Origin: Podarcis liolepis
Lineage: Eukaryota
DNA length: 64,000 nucleotides
Assembly (NCBI GenBank): GCA_965112155.1
Contig: OZ218114.1
Reading direction: 5' to 3' (one strand)
Made by a program: the position numbers and the translations under genes. Under the pieces are notes generated by a model. That model was not told the DNA's origin. It worked only from the letters and a program-made list of their open reading frames with translations, and did not search any database. This document shows, piece by piece, positions 37,831 to 51,802 of this stretch. Each line of letters begins with the position of its first letter. The stretch's first letter is position 1.

Positions 37831-40800
37831 AGTGGTTGAAGGTACCATCGAAACAGTATCCAGGTGACAAGAAATGCTAGGTCCGTCCCAGAAAGTGACC
37901 AGGAACTTAGGGAAAGTAGACTGTGAGAACTGGTTAGGGCGCTTTTACTATTTGTTATTACAGTTATTAATATTAATCGTGCATGTGTAGAGTTAAAAAA
38001 TACATCACACACATGCATATTTAGAATAACACAAACAAGCTTGTGTACTTGAAATTGTTTAAATTGTTTTTATATGTAAAATGGTTGTTGCCCCCTCTAT
38101 GTTTCATTGTCCTTTATTGTGGCATTGCTTTGAGATGCTTCATAGGAAGCAACTTATAATTGTAATAAATTAGTTTGAATATCATTCTAAAACTTATTCC
38201 AGAGCATCACAGGACCCTTTTCAGAAGAAATGAGATGTTTAATGTGGTTTAGTTAATTACTTTTATCTCACTTCTCTACACAAAGGGTGTTTCCAATGAG
38301 GAGCTTAATACTGTAAACAGGCCATTCAGATGTTGCAAACAGGTTGCTGTCAACAGGTGTGTGTATGTTAACTAATCATCCCACCCACCCTGATTTCCCT
38401 GGAAAGAATAAATCTGGATTAAATGAGGGAGTGGGAAATTACAGGCTGACATTTTGATGGCAATGATACCATCAAAATGGTGCTGCAAAAAAAAAATTGC
38501 ATCCTTGATAAGCACTGAGCTCACAGTAAACACCTATCTAGAAGCACCCAAATTATTTGAGAGTAGCTTATAAAATAGAACCTGAAATACATACCATAAG
38601 AGCAACAAATCAGAACAAATCAATAAATACCAATAAGTAATCCAAAATACAGACCCAGTATTGCAGCTGGTAAAATGTTAAATTAAACACCTATACAATC
38701 TCAGAATAAGTAACAGGCTTCTATTCAGCAATAGGCATGAAGGAGAGTTGCATCTAAACCTGGCTTTCTGTAAGAAGCACATATTTTTTACAAATTATGG
38801 GTTAGTCCCATTTCAAGTGTTCCTCATGTTTCATTTCATAATAGATACTCATCAAAGACAACATAATGCGTCAAATGGCCATTTGGGACAGGGGTCCTAT
38901 AGAACCTGATTTTTTTTCTGTGTAGCACTTCAACCCTGCAATGTGAGAAACAATTCTAAAGAGTGACTTTGAGCATGTGCAGTGTGCCATTCTTTTAGCT
39001 TATCCTTGATTAAAAATAGAACTAATCATCACACATCTCATTTTATGGAGAAATGACTCTAAATCAAAAGACATTATTTCTTGAAAGTCTTGAGGTCCAG
39101 CATATCTTATTTTAGAAATTAAGCATTGCTTACTAAGAATAAAATAGGATTTTATGTACCTATCTGATAAAGAGGATCCAAATATGAATGGATGTCAATT
39201 AACAACTATAGTCTCAGGGAAAACAGACCTGATCATAAGGATGTTTTTATACCTCATATGATGAAATGAAACTATTCAGCCATTTTGTACAAGTTGTAAT
39301 GGGAGAAGCAACATCACTTGGCAAGGGACTGACTATGGAGAACAAAGGAGAGAGAGAGAGAGAGAGATTCAGCCCAGAGACAGTTGAAGATAAAGCCAGG
39401 GTCATTTGCCTGTTCAACGGGGTGTATGATAACAATGTCAGTGGATAAGGAAAAAATATGAAGAAATGAGAGCTAGGGAGGAAATATTAGCTAAGTCTTA
39501 CATGCAGATTTCCACTTCTCCCATCATGGATATAAAACTTTCAAATAAACAAAATTAAATAAGTAAGGCTGCTGGCCCTTGAAATCTCATCAAATATTAA
39601 AAAGTTAGGCACTGTAGAGAAAGATTAACAAAACTGATCTATTTTAGTAGCGTCTAACATGCAGTTCCTTACAGGGGTAGGTATACAATTACAGGCAGCA
39701 ATAGTCATTTGCATCCCAAAGACCCACTTTTTGGAGTACAGACAGTGTAAACACATCTGATCTCAATGTTTACAAGATCTAATGGCAGAGCTAAGACTGA
39801 ATAACCGCTATTCTGGCTCTTGTCCACAGCACACACAAAAATGGACACTCCAGAAATATGATTGCACAAAGAAATGAGCAGATTTTGGCTAGAGGCTCTG
39901 CTGCACCTCAAGAGCCAAGAGTTAGAAAACTGTCCATTTGGGAGAGCTGTTTTCAAGTCTTCCCTCTTCCATATGCTCTTTGTGAGGTCCTGGACCAGTT
40001 GCTATTTCTAGACCTTAGTTTCCCATCTGAAAAATGGTTTGCAGGTTTGTTGCGAGGAGGAAACATGACAGAGATTATTGCAATTCCATCTGAAAAATTC
40101 AAAAAAGCAATGTGTGATAACAGTACCAAAGAACTCATTTAAACTAGCCATAAAAAAAGCAAACTCTCTTCCCTGTGATATCTCTTTCTCTTTCTCCCTC
40201 TTTCCTTCTTTCTTTCTTTCTTTCTAGGTGTAGATTCATTGGCCACAAAAGGGGGAGGAAAGAGTTTGATTTGGTCAACTTTCTTTAGACAATTGTTTTT
40301 TGGTATTTGCAGAGAATTATTGATGAGACTAAGCCAAGAAGTGCCTCACAGTGGCAAACTGAGTTTCCTTTAAAGTTTTGCTGCATACACTGCATTGTGA
40401 TGGCTTCCCATCAGCTTTTTTATGGCTAACTGAGGTTTATTGAGGCAGCATCAGACTTCTTTCCCATCTGTGTCTGCTTTCATACTCCACTTGCAAACTG
40501 AAATCTGAGTTCATGATAATCTACACGATGAGGCCCCCCCTTTCTTCCCAACCCTATACTGCATATAACACCAATGTCTCACAGCAAATGTAACTGAAGA
40601 ACCTGAAGAAGGAGACAATGCATGTGCTTTTGAAAACGAGGGGAAATTATTGTTTTTTTAAGAAGAAAAGGAGTGTGTGGCAGCCCCCAGTCTTTAAAGA
40701 GCCCCCTCCCCTATTACATCATTAGAACCAGAACATAAACCTATGAAACCAGAAAAGAGCAAAATAATAATAATAATAAAAATCAATGTTTGGTCCAGAT

Positions 40801-41418
40801 CCTAGGCATTGCACCCTCACTAAAGGAGGCTGTATGGATGATTCTCTAAATGATTGTAGGATGGCGTGTGTACCTGAGCTTATGGCCTCAAATTCTCTTT
40901 ATCGTACATGCTGCTTTATTACAAAAATGATGACTAGACTACTTATCCTAAACTGAATAGTTAGTAGCCCAACCACCCCCTCCAGAACCCACTGCTCTCA
41001 ACTGACTTTCAACTGCCTCACATTCAAACTCCCTTTCAAATCCTCATCCAATCATCACTCACCACCAGAATTCCACAATCTCTCTTTCCCCCTCCCTCCT
41101 TAACATTCCCTCAATAATTCTGATACAATTACCTTAATAACCCTATTACATTCAATATTTTATACACACTGCTCCCTGTAACCATACTGTTAGAAGAACT
41201 TGAGCTTCCCATTCCTGGTTCCTAGGAAATGGGGGTGAGCAAACTGCAGGTTCTCCATCCCTGTCCTGAAAACCAGGTGTCTTCCCCCAAACGATTGTAG
41301 TTTGTTAGGGGTTCTGGGGATTGTAGGTCTGTGAGAGGGAAGCCACAATGGCACGAATCATTTTGGGCGAAGTCATGTGCTTTAAAGGCGCATTGGGTGC
41401 TCTTTAAAACATAGCATC

Positions 41419-41816
41419 GGGTGTCAAATCAAAAGGTATATAGGGAATGGAAAATATTTAAAGAATACTTAAAAACGTGCTGTACGAACAATAAGATACT
41501 TGCAGAAATAGAGTGGTACTGGTAACCAAGAATTACATAAAATACAACAGTGGATTATATATCTATATACAAAACACAATAATATGAATCTGCAAGGAAT
41601 ACAGATAATACAAGTAGTATAATGAGAATTATTGGAAGTTATATATTTTAATCTGTCATGTAAGTGTAATATATTGTATTTGTCTATGTTTGTTTCTTTA
41701 TCTTTTCTTATTTCATTGTTTCTATTTCGTATCCTTTTCTGTTTTATATGTTATGTAATCCATGTATATTTGTTTATGTGAAAATTAACCAAGATTTTCT
41801 TTAAAAAAACCAAAAC
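41419..41816 (+). mobile_element. L1-like 3' fragment
   Basis: EWKIFKEYLK-like ORF2 end, T-rich 3' UTR and A-rich tail. Flanking repeat ACATAGCATC at 41409-41418 and 41817-41826. Confidence 0.65.
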
Positions 41817-41826
41817 ACATAGCATC

Positions 41827-42050
41827 ATAGAATTGTAGAGTTGGAAGGGATCCTGAGGGTTATCTAGTCCAACCCCCTGCGATGAAGGAATCTCAACTAG
41901 GTGATCCATGGCCGATGGCGATCCAAGCGCTGCTTAAAAACCTCCAAGGAAGGAGAGTCACTGCTTCGGGCCCTAAGGGCCTCTGGAGCAGGAGAAAACA
42001 AGCTTGCTCCATCCCCCATGTGACAGCCCTTTAGACTTTAGTTCTTGAAA
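41827..42050 (-). mobile_element. CR1 3' fragment
   Basis: ATAGAATTGTAGAGTTGGAAGGGATCC...TCTAGTCCAACCCC terminus. Confidence 0.7.
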
Positions 42051-42471
42051 GGGCTGCATGGTGTGGATCTCATATCAGTGTTACGAGAGTGTAAGCAACA
42101 CATTTCTCTCTCCTCTTTCTCCACACCATACAGAATTGCAATGGTAACCAGAAGGATGGAGTTTGCCTTGCATTGCCGGGGGTTTGACTAGATGACCCTG
42201 GGGATCCCATCCAACTCTGCCATGCTATGATTATATATCAAGCGACTAAAGGAACAAAAATATGCTTCTGAAACATTTGGGAATCATAGGAACACCCTCC
42301 CCACCAGTAGCTTCCAGCAAGAGCTTGCATCTTCCTTAGGAGAGAGGCAGTCCAGAACAAGGGAGGAAAGGCTCAGAGTTCAGGTAGGTTGAAACGTCAA
42401 TTGAGTGCCCTATATTATAGGAATGCTTCCTTCCCGTGTTCCCCACCCTCATGTGCCAGACTGGTGCTAGC

Positions 42472-42618
42472 CAGTGGCGTAGCGAGGGGGGTGCAGGGGG
42501 GCCCGGCCGCAACGGGCGCAACATCTGGGAGTTAGGTATAGGGGGCGCAAATCCACGGGTTAGGGGGCGCAAATTACTTGCCTTGCCCCGGGTGCTGACA
42601 ACCCACGCTATGCCACTG
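42472..42618. mobile_element. hAT-type MITE
   Basis: TIR CAGTGGCGTAGCG / CGCTATGCCACTG. Perfect 8-bp TSD GTGCTAGC at 42464-42471 and 42619-42626. Confidence 0.92.
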
Positions 42619-43121
42619 GTGCTAGCATGGCTGGGAGCCAGGCGCCTGCTGATTCCTCCATTTTCTTTGCAGGGAGGGGGGCCTTTCCCCAACATACACT
42701 TTGTTCTGGCCAAATCCCTGGAGAGACGTGACGACCCTCAGGTACTGAGGCAGAAGGAAGGAAGGGTTCCTTGTGAAACATGTTTGGGGAGTCTGTGGCT
42801 TCCAGCATGTGCTTTTCAGAAGCATGGCTCCCTCCAACAGGGAAGGCTGAGCATAGCCATCACGGCTAATTGCCTTTGATAGGCCTCTCCTCCATGCAAT
42901 TGTCTAGCCCTCTTTGAAAGCCATCCCATTCAAGGTGCTCTTGTGGTGCATCTGATTCTCCTATGCTTCCTTGTTCCTGCAAGATCCTTTGGTTAACATC
43001 TATCTGGGCTGGAAAATATTAAAGAATCAGAGGACTGGTGAGCTTCCCTTGAAACACAACTGATCAAAAGCAGGCAGATGTGTTAGCATCTTGATAAAGA
43101 TGCCCAAACGACAAAGCATGC

Positions 43122-43161
<40 letters not shown>

Positions 43162-43903
43162 TATACCCCACCAATCTAGCTAGGTTTCCCCAGCCACTCT
43201 GGGCGGCTTCCAACAAAATATTAAAATACAGTGGTCTGTTAAACATTAAAAGCTTCCCTAAACAGAGCTGCCTTCAGATGTCTTCTAAAAGTCTGGTAGT
43301 TGTTCTTCTCTTTGACATCTGGTGGGAGGGTGTTCCACAGGGTGAGTGCCTCTACCGAGAAGGCCCTCAGCCTGGTACTCTGTAACTTGGCTTCTCACAG
43401 TGAGGGAACCGCCAGAAGGCCCTCAGTGCTGGACCTCAGTGTCCAGGCAGAACAACGGGGGTGGAGACGCTCCTTTAGGTATACTGGACTGAGGCCATTT
43501 AGGGCTTTAAAGGTCAGCACCAACACTTTGAATTGTGCTCGGAAACGTACTGGGAGCCAATGCAGATATTTCAAGACCAGTGTTATGTGGTCTCAGCGGC
43601 CGCTCCCAGTCACCAATCTAGCTGCTGCATTCTTGACTAGTTGTAGTTTCCGGGTCACCTTCAAAGGTAGCCCCACATAGAGCACATTGCAGTAGTCCAA
43701 GCGAGAGATAACTAGAGCATGCACCACTCTGGCGAGACAATCTGCAGGCAGATAGGGTCTCAGCCTGCGTACCAGATGGAGCTGGTAAATAGCTGCCCTG
43801 GACACAGAATTGACCTGCGCCTCCATGGACAGCTATGAGTCCAAAATGACTCCCAGGCTGCACACCTGGTCCTTCAGGGGCACACTTACCCCATTCAGGA
43901 CCA
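43122..43903 (-). mobile_element. L2 LINE, 5'-truncated
   Basis: Translation LVRRLRPYLP...VHALVISRLDYCN...LQLVKNAAARLV. 3' end and microsatellite tail are shared with the 21443 copy. Confidence 0.92.
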
Positions 43904-44068
43904 TGGACACAACAGTTTTTTCCTTGCACCTCCTCCGCATGATCTCTTGTGGAGCCTTCTCAGACATACTGTATGCTGTGTCTCAACCAGCAGATCCCAC
44001 CAAACCAAGTAATCGAGGACCCAGTCAGAAAAGGAGTGTGCGCAGTCATACCAGAAATAAGCAAAATA

Positions 44069-44483
44069 CAGTGGTGCCCCGCAAGACGAAATTAATTCGT
44101 TCCGCAATTTTTGTCGTCTAGCGAATTTTTCGTCTTGCGAAGCACGAAATCCCATAGGAATGCATTGAAAATCAATTAATGCGTTCCTATGGTCAAAAAA
44201 AGTCCAAACAAAGCCAAATTTGGTACAACAACAGTTTATTAACTGCTCTTTAAAGTCACACATACTGTAAAGAGCAGTTCAAAAATTGAAGGGAAAATAA
44301 ATTAACTTTATAAACAAAACATGTCTTTGTTTTTAGACAAAGAAAACAAAGTCGCGAGACGTTTTCGTCTTGCGAAGCAAGCCCATAGGGAAATTCGTCT
44401 TGCGAGGCAAATCAAAAACGGAAAAACCTTTCGTCTAGCGAGTTTTTTGTCTTGCGAGGCATTCGTCTTGCGAGGTACCACTG
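44069..44483. mobile_element. Tc1/mariner-type MITE, family C, without the minisatellite
   Basis: Same terminal ~120 bp as 12222-13673, TA flanks, AT-rich centre. Confidence 0.9.
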
Positions 44484-46249
44484 TAACTACTGTAAACAGG
44501 TACTAGAAGACACCCCAGAACTGGCCCTACTGAACACCTTTCAAGATAACAATGCCCACCCACACTAGAAAGAGCTCATAACCCACCGACAGCATACGAT
44601 TCAATATGGCTAACTTAACCCAACAACCCCCCCCACCCACACAGAAACAAATCCCACTTCAGCCAGCCACAGACGATCAACCACACCCTAGCCCACCTCA
44701 ACCTCTCTCACCACCAAGGAAACATAAGAAGTGAATAGAAAGAGAACTTCTTCAAGTGACGCTGAAACAAAAACCCCAAGTATACACTAAATAAAAGAAC
44801 TTAAGCTTTGCCACCCCAGCCGCTCTCTCCCGTCCCCCGCCACCGCCCAAGGTCCCGTGCAGGGCTGTATTTCTCTGGAGAGAAGGGTCAACCAAAAGCA
44901 AACAGGGTTCAAAACAACTCTTCCTTTAGCAGTTGCCTCAAATATCCCTTACATAAGGAGGCATTTGATGTCACTGTAGGTCTCAGAAACCTCCCCCTGT
45001 ACCCAGGTGAACTGCTGTGTTTGCATTATAACAACACTTGGCCTTTTAATCTGCCATCCCTGCTGAGAGCCCAATTGAAATGTGGAACTAGACAAGCAAG
45101 CCCATTTGCAGTAAATGTTATACACAGGCCACGTTCTCACTTCAGCCATGATGCCAAATCACCACTGTGTGAAACATTGATTTTCACACACAAACGGAGC
45201 TTCTGTTCCATTACTTAATGCTAATACAAGTGACTGGAATAAAATATGAGCAGAGAGCCAGCCGCTGTGGGAAAGAGACTCTGTTGGGGATGAGGGGGTG
45301 GCGTAGATCTGTCTCTTTCTATTATGTTGCTTCGTTCTGATGAGCTGCTTGGTCCTCATTAGACTATACAAAGGGAGAGGAAACCACAGGAGAAATAAGA
45401 AGGCACCTCATATTATCATATTAGTATTTCCACCCACAATTCAAAGCTCAATGGTATTTGTTTGGGGCTGTCCCGTTACATCTTCATAACAGCCCTGAAA
45501 GGTAGGTTAGACTTGACTCACCCCATCAATTTAGAACATGGCATTTCAGCAGTTGCGCCATTATTGTACTATCCTTCAAAGTAGCGTGGGCCTGAGGGTT
45601 TTTTTTTGGGGGGGGGGGAAGGATCAGGGATGTTGAGCTATTCAGATTTGATTTGATTTAATTCAAACAAATCCCAAAGCGCTTACAAACAATAAGTAAC
45701 AGAACAAAACATAATGGAACCTCACAAATGATGTATTTTAACAGCGCCCAAACAGGCTGCTCCTCACCTCCCAGACAGTCAACCCACACCAGAAAGCTGC
45801 CCCTTGCTGATGACATGACCCAGCTCTATATCTGGAGAAAAGGCTATCCCTTGCAACTACCTCTATCTTTCTCTGGAAAAGGGTTCAAACATATAAATAG
45901 CAAGGGTGTCTAGGTTTTGCTTGTAACTTTATAGGCAATGACTTTTGAATACTTAGGCCTTCTTTTCTAACTGTCTGGTGCTAAACAGAAACTCAACAGC
46001 CTCTCTTGATAACATCATCCAGCTGGTCAACTCTTCTTTCAGCCGCACCCAGTGAGGTACGAGGTGGGTCTGTGGGGTGGAGTCAATGGCTTTGCAAGGG
46101 CAAGGCCCCACTGCTCTTGCCACCTCGTGGGGCAAAGGATCATCTTATGGAGTATGCAGGAAAGCTTCTCTTGCAAATTCCAACGATCTCTGTCATAACC
46201 TTTTGACACTTGAGGCATATACATTTTAGGACCCTCCCACCAGATTTTT

Positions 46250-46334
46250 GTGATTGTAAATTGTTTTGAACTGTTTTTAATATTGTGTTTTAATGTTGTA
46301 ACCTGCCCTAGGACCCTAGGGTGAAAGGAGGGCA

Positions 46335-46378
<44 letters not shown>
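46250..46378 (+). repeat. L2-like 3' tail with (AAT)n microsatellite
   Basis: TGTAACCTGCCCTAGG...GGAGGGC stem-loop followed by (AAT)n. Confidence 0.6.
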
Positions 46379-46379
<1 letters not shown>

Positions 46380-49300
46380 CATGGAGCAGGGTTTTTAGTG
46401 TGGCTTTCCCTGTTCTGTAGAGCAGCATTCTTCTCAAGATATGGCAGGTGGCCACTATACGCACTATCTGGAAACAACTGAATACATTTTTGTTCCGACA
46501 GGCTTTCCCAGCTGGGTAAAGGGGCCTTTGCCAGGAGAGTCTCTATTGCATTGTTTCAGTTTTGTTTTAAATGTATTGGCTGATTTTGTGTGCGCGCTTT
46601 TAACTGAGTTCTTGTTTTGTTTTCGTTGTACATCACTGAGGCATATGTGTAGAAGGCAACTGCAAATTTGATGGTGATGATGATGTCAAATGGGGGGGAA
46701 CCCTCCCCCAAGTTTAAAATATTTGGGTTTATTCAACAACAATCTGTGAAACCAAACTGGTAGCGAAAATACTGAAAGGAGCTGGCAAACTATTCGCCAT
46801 TTGACCTTCTTAGTAAGCACACAAAATGGCAGTCACAAAGGAAGAAAAGGGAGAAGAAAGAAGAGGCTGTGTATTTTGTCCGAGGGGATTCCTGTCTTGA
46901 TGCTGCTGGGGAAACAGATCCCTGCTTTTGCTGGGTCCAGGGGGCATTTTAAGCCTCCCAGAATATCCTCACATGCTGGGTTGATGTTGATAAGGCCACA
47001 GATTTCGAGACAGCTGAACCAGGTTCAGGCTGAGATGTGAGACCCTAGTTCTTTTAAGTGGTTCTTTAGAAGATAAGATCACAAGTGACAAAACAGGCAC
47101 AGGCTTTATGGGGGTAGAGCAAAAATTCACGAGATGTTCCAGGCACAAGTTTGTGATGGATATGTGTACAATGAGGTCTGTTGATCCCCTGTGGAAAGAA
47201 ATTGCTTCCACTTCCCAACATACCCTTCAGAATCTACAGATCCTGAGGACCTCAAACAAACTTCTAGGGGCAGCATACTGGTGGTGGACAGGGCCAGAGG
47301 CAAAAGTAGGCAGATAAGTTAATTCCCCCCTCCCTTTATATAGTAGGCTAGTTTCCAAGGGCATATTCCAGGCAGCAGGCAAAAACACATGACAAGCAAT
47401 GCAGGGCCAGTAAGGGGTGGGACATGGGAAGAGGTTCAAGAGCCAGACAGTGGCTTGAAGGGCCGTATTCGGCCTCTGAACCTTAAGCATCCCACCGCTG
47501 CCTTAAAACGAGTAAGGAAGGTAGTCCACTGATTATCATAAGATGAACACATCTTGCTCCAAATCTGAAATCAACAGTATGCTGGATGGGTCCAGTGGGT
47601 GGCTTTTGAGGTACCTTGTCTGTCTTCTAAGGAAACCCAAGAGGGCCAAACTACTAAGCATATGACACTGTGAAACCTGTGACTGGGTATCCCACCATGT
47701 GTGTTTATTATAATGCATTTGTTTCTCCGGGTTTATGGTCTTTAAAACACTGTGAGTCGTTTGGAGAAGTTCATTGTATAACAAACAAATTACATGTTTA
47801 ATAGTCGTGGTAGTAATAATAGTAATAGCAGCAGCTGCTGGAGACCAAGTTCAGATTCTGTTGGGACTGAGATGCTGGGGAAGTGAGGTTTTCACTGAAG
47901 CTGCTATTTTATTGTATTTATTTTTTTGCATTCATTTTCCACCTTTTTCTCCAAGAAGCCCAAGGTGGCGTAAACATGGCTGTCCCCCCGCTCCTCCTTT
48001 TGTCTGTAATGCTATTATTATTTTTTAAATCCTGTTTTTAAATAGTGACTGTAAGTTGCTTTCAGAGCTGTCAAACTGCTAAATGTTAGCAAGACAGAAA
48101 GGGAGAAGCCCATGTTTCTGCTCTTTAAATAACCCTTCCAGGAATATCCAACATGCCTTCATCTCTCAGAACAAACAACCTCTTCTCATAGCAGGCTCTT
48201 TCCCCTTCATTCCTTCTCTATGCACTATTATTCCTGGCAATTGGCAATCCAGAGAAAACATAAGTATTTTTTTGCTTTCCCGCTCAAAAGAAGAATGTTG
48301 CATTTCCCAAATTGCCAACTTCCACCATGGTTTCTGCACTGCCAGGTCAACCAGAGGTCTCCTACCACCCAAGCACAGGCTTGCGGTCAAAGGTGGAGCT
48401 TAGTTTCCAAATGCACAACCACAGAGCCGTGGCTAATTGCCTAATAAGCCTTTGGCTTATTAATGATGACTAATAGCTGGTGCCCCCTTGTTGGTTCTTG
48501 CTGCTTAGAAGAGCTGTGCCTGTGGTGAGGCTGTGTCATTCTTTCTGCATTGCCCATACAAATCTCAGTGGTAGGAAGGAAGGGTCAGTGGCAGCAGAGG
48601 CACAGGCAGAGCTAGTACAAACATTGTGGCAAATTAGGGCAGGTGCTTGGGGTCTCGATATTTCAGGGGAGCCTGCCTTGGCTCTGCAAATATCCTGGAA
48701 AAAGAACGAGTCCTACTTTTTAGAAGGAGGTGTAGAGAGGCAGCTTAGCATTAGTTGATGGTGGGATATCCCCTGCATTTGGAAAGTGGAGGAACAGCAG
48801 CAAGATATTTATGATCCTCACCAACCATCTAGAGAAGAGACTCAGGGCCCCAAAGAACGAAATCTGGGGCTGAATCTCCCAACTTTCTAAAAGTACATTT
48901 AAAGCCCTTGTATACAACTTTTAACAGTCCTGACTCTTCCCCCCCCCAAAGTATCATGGGAACTGTAGTTTGTTAAGGGTGCTGAGAGTTGTTAGAAGAC
49001 CTCTCACCCAAAGAGGCTGATTATTGCCAGTTCATACCCCATTAGTGTCAGGTGGCAGGATCTACTGCACCCCACTTTGCAGGGGAATTAAATATACAGC
49101 GTGAATCCCTGTGGGTCACATGTGTGGACGAACAACCAAAGAACCAGCTGCGTGTCTAGTTTCAAAATGTGGGGCTTGCACACAGAAAGCCCCAGCAGAG
49201 TCTAAAATCAAGTCACAACTTGTGCATTATGAGAATAGGCTGTTAAACCTGCTTAGATACTCTGTTCTGTCCGCTGAAACAGGACCCTCTTAGCACTGTA

Positions 49301-49699
49301 CAGACCACACACTGTTAAGTAAGTTTAAAATGCTTTCTTTACAGATTCAAAGGTTTGATACATGCATTGTTCCATGCAGCTGGAAGCAGAACACAGGCAA
49401 AATACTATTGGGTAGAAAATACAGTTCCAAACAAAGGCTCTAAGCTTGGGAGCAAGCTCACACACATCCTCCTTTGTTGGTTACAAGGTGCAGAGAGAGA
49501 AAGAACAGGGGAGGGAACTTGACTTCCTTTCTTCCAGGGTGAGGGGTGTGTGATAAACGCTTTGCCAACCCTTTCCTCTGAAGGAGATGGAGTGTGATCC
49601 AGCCAGGCCTCAGAGGACTTACACTATGAGCTTAACCCCTTCATGCAAGAAGTCGTCAAGAGGCTCTCTCAGCTATCTGCCTATCTCCCATTCCCACCA

Positions 49700-49890
49700 C
49701 CCTTCTCAGTAACACCCCTCCCCACCTTCTCACTATATAGAAGGATCTGGCAACTTCTGTTTCAGTGTATCTGAAGAAGTGTGCATGCACACGAAAGCTC
49801 ATACCAAGAACTAACTTAGTTGGTCTTTAAGGTGCTACTGGAAGGAATTTTTTTATTTTGACTATGGCAGACCAACACGGCTACCTATCT
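49700..49890 (+). mobile_element. Penelope-like terminal-repeat remnant
   Basis: TATATAG, then the hammerhead core, then ...AAGGTGCTACTGG...CCAACACGGCTAC. Second copy at 36364-36492. Confidence 0.75.
49767..49804 (+). ncRNA. Minimal type I hammerhead ribozyme motif
   Basis: GTAT-CTGAAGA-A-GTGTGC-AT-GCACAC-GAAA-GC-TC-ATAC: stem I GTAT/ATAC, stem II, palindromic AGCT stem III, UC cleavage site. Confidence 0.7.
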
Positions 49891-50951
49891 ACTACCCTTC
49901 ATGCAGTAACTAGCACTCATGCATAGTTATGTTTGGCTGCACTTTCCCACACACTCCTCTTCTGCTCCCTGTGTAGAAACCAAGAGGGCTGCCAAAGGAT
50001 AGAAGCCCCTTTCCTCCAGGCTTTGCTCTTGCTTCTCGTCCCTCTTTGTGGGCTGCCCAGAGGCATCGGCTTGGCCACTATGGGAAACAGATACTGGACT
50101 AAATGGGCTTTTGGTCTGACCCAGCAGCCAGGCTCTCCTTATGACCAAATTAAAAATGGAGATGGAAAAACAATATGTCAGTGAGCTCAGGATTTGGGTG
50201 AAGGCAAAACTTTAACAATGTGCTTACAGCAGCAAAAAAAACCCTCGGTCGACCTTGGACTCACGTTGCAGTTGCTATTCTGAAAAACACAAGGTCAAGA
50301 TTCACTATCAGTTACTGTTAAGGGTGAATTAAACAGTGGGGTTGTACAGAGTTTTATAGCTGCCAGGGGATGGTGCTTTGAAAGTTTGAGCAAGAATCTG
50401 TCGAATGATCTAAGACCTAGATTTAAATCTTGTCACCCATCCCTGCTGCACCAGGGCAGGAAAAGGATATTCCCACACCCTATCCCCATTCTCTGGAAGT
50501 TTGGTGGTGTGTCCAAAATCAGGTCAGCAGTCTCGAGCCAAATAATCCCTTTTTATTTTCCATCTTTTGAACTTTCAGATACGCTGCCCTAAATAGATAA
50601 TTTGATTTCTGCCGGTTTTATTTAACACAGCTGCATTTTTCATTGGCCATTTTTAGCGTGTTTTATTGTTAGCGTATTTTAATCTTTTAATGCAAGCCAC
50701 TTTGGTAACGTGGCTTAACAGCGGGACATACGCAGCTAGGAATAAATGTGGTTATTAATAACACGTAAGCTTGTCTGCCTGCAATTCCTCAGTTCCTATT
50801 AGGTCTGGGGAGGGGGCTATCAGGCCCCGCAATTAAACACTTGTGTGAGTCGTCATAGGCACTAAGGAATAGCATGCGGATGGGTGAGCAGTCTGGCAGA
50901 GAAGCCTCCTTCCTTCAGGCTCAGCAGAGAAATATAGCAGGATGATACTAA

Positions 50952-51094
50952 GGGGAAGAGCTATAGCTCAGTGGTAGAGCACCTGCTTTGCATGCAGAAG
51001 GTCCCAGGTTCAATCCCCACCATCTCCAGGTTAGGGCTTGGGGAGACCTCTGGTTAGAAACTCCTGAGTACCATTGCTGCCAATCAGTGTGGAG
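50952..51094 (+). mobile_element. tRNA-derived SINE head (related copies near 8070-8150 -, 13779-13855 +, 24450-24520 +, 28800-28870 +, 63010-63430 -)
   Basis: A box TAGCTCAGTGG, TGC anticodon-like loop, B box GGTTCAATCCC. No paired acceptor stem. Many diverged copies in the window. Confidence 0.8.
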
Positions 51095-51296
51095 CACAGA
51101 TCTTCAACCAGTGGGTTGGGAAGTACAGGTGGGTCGTGAGGCAATCCAAGATGGGTCACAGCAAAGCCACTGCTGCCATGTTGGACTCCATCTAAGGCTG
51201 ACCAAACCAAAGGACACTGCGTGCGGTGTCTGGGATATAAAATTTTACCATTTTTATCAATTATCTGTGCTATTAAATTTAAATCAAAAGTGAATA

Positions 51297-51538
51297 CACT
51301 GGTACCTCAGGTTACATACGCTTCAGGTTACATATGCTTCAGGTTACAGACTCCGCTAACCCAGAAATAGTGCTTCAGGTTAAGAACTTTGCTGCAGGAT
51401 GAGAACAGAAATCATGCTCCGGTGCAGCGGCGGCAGCAGGAGGCCCCATTAGCTAAAGTGGTGCTTCAGGTTAAGAACAGTTTCAGGTTAAGAACGGACC
51501 TCCGGAATGAATTAAGTACTTAACCCGAGGTACCACTG
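51297..51538 (+). mobile_element. Tc1/mariner-type MITE, family A
   Basis: Aligns with 4929-5170. Confidence 0.88.
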
Positions 51539-51540
51539 CA

Positions 51541-51802
51541 CAGTGGTATCTCGGGATGTGACCGGGAGCCCTGTTCTGGAGCCCCATTCGCATCCCAAAC
51601 AGAACGTAAGACGCGACAGCATGTCTGCGTGTGCGCAGGTCGGGTTTCACAGCTTCCGCGCATGCGTGTGGCATCATTTTGACCGTCTGCGCATGTGTGA
51701 GCAGCGAAACCCGGAAGTAACACACTCCATTACTTCCGGGTTGCCGCAGAGCGCAACCCAAAAGCACTCAACTTGAAGCGTATTTATCCCAAAGTATGAC
51801 TG
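51541..51802. mobile_element. Tc1/mariner-type MITE, family B, abutting family A
   Basis: Ends CAGTGGTATCTC / AAGTATGACTG-TA. Opposite orientation to the 5173 copy. Confidence 0.78.

Noticed and set aside
37110-37870. 170-219 aa ORFs over the CpG island
   Set aside because: GC-rich stop-poor sequence. Only 37412-37463 is supported by Kozak context, a splice donor and homology.
49110-49690. Possible ERV LTR
   Set aside because: The composition is suggestive, but I could not fix termini or a TSD.
50952-51030. tRNA-Ala/Cys gene
   Set aside because: The acceptor stem does not pair, and the sequence continues into a SINE body found in many diverged copies.
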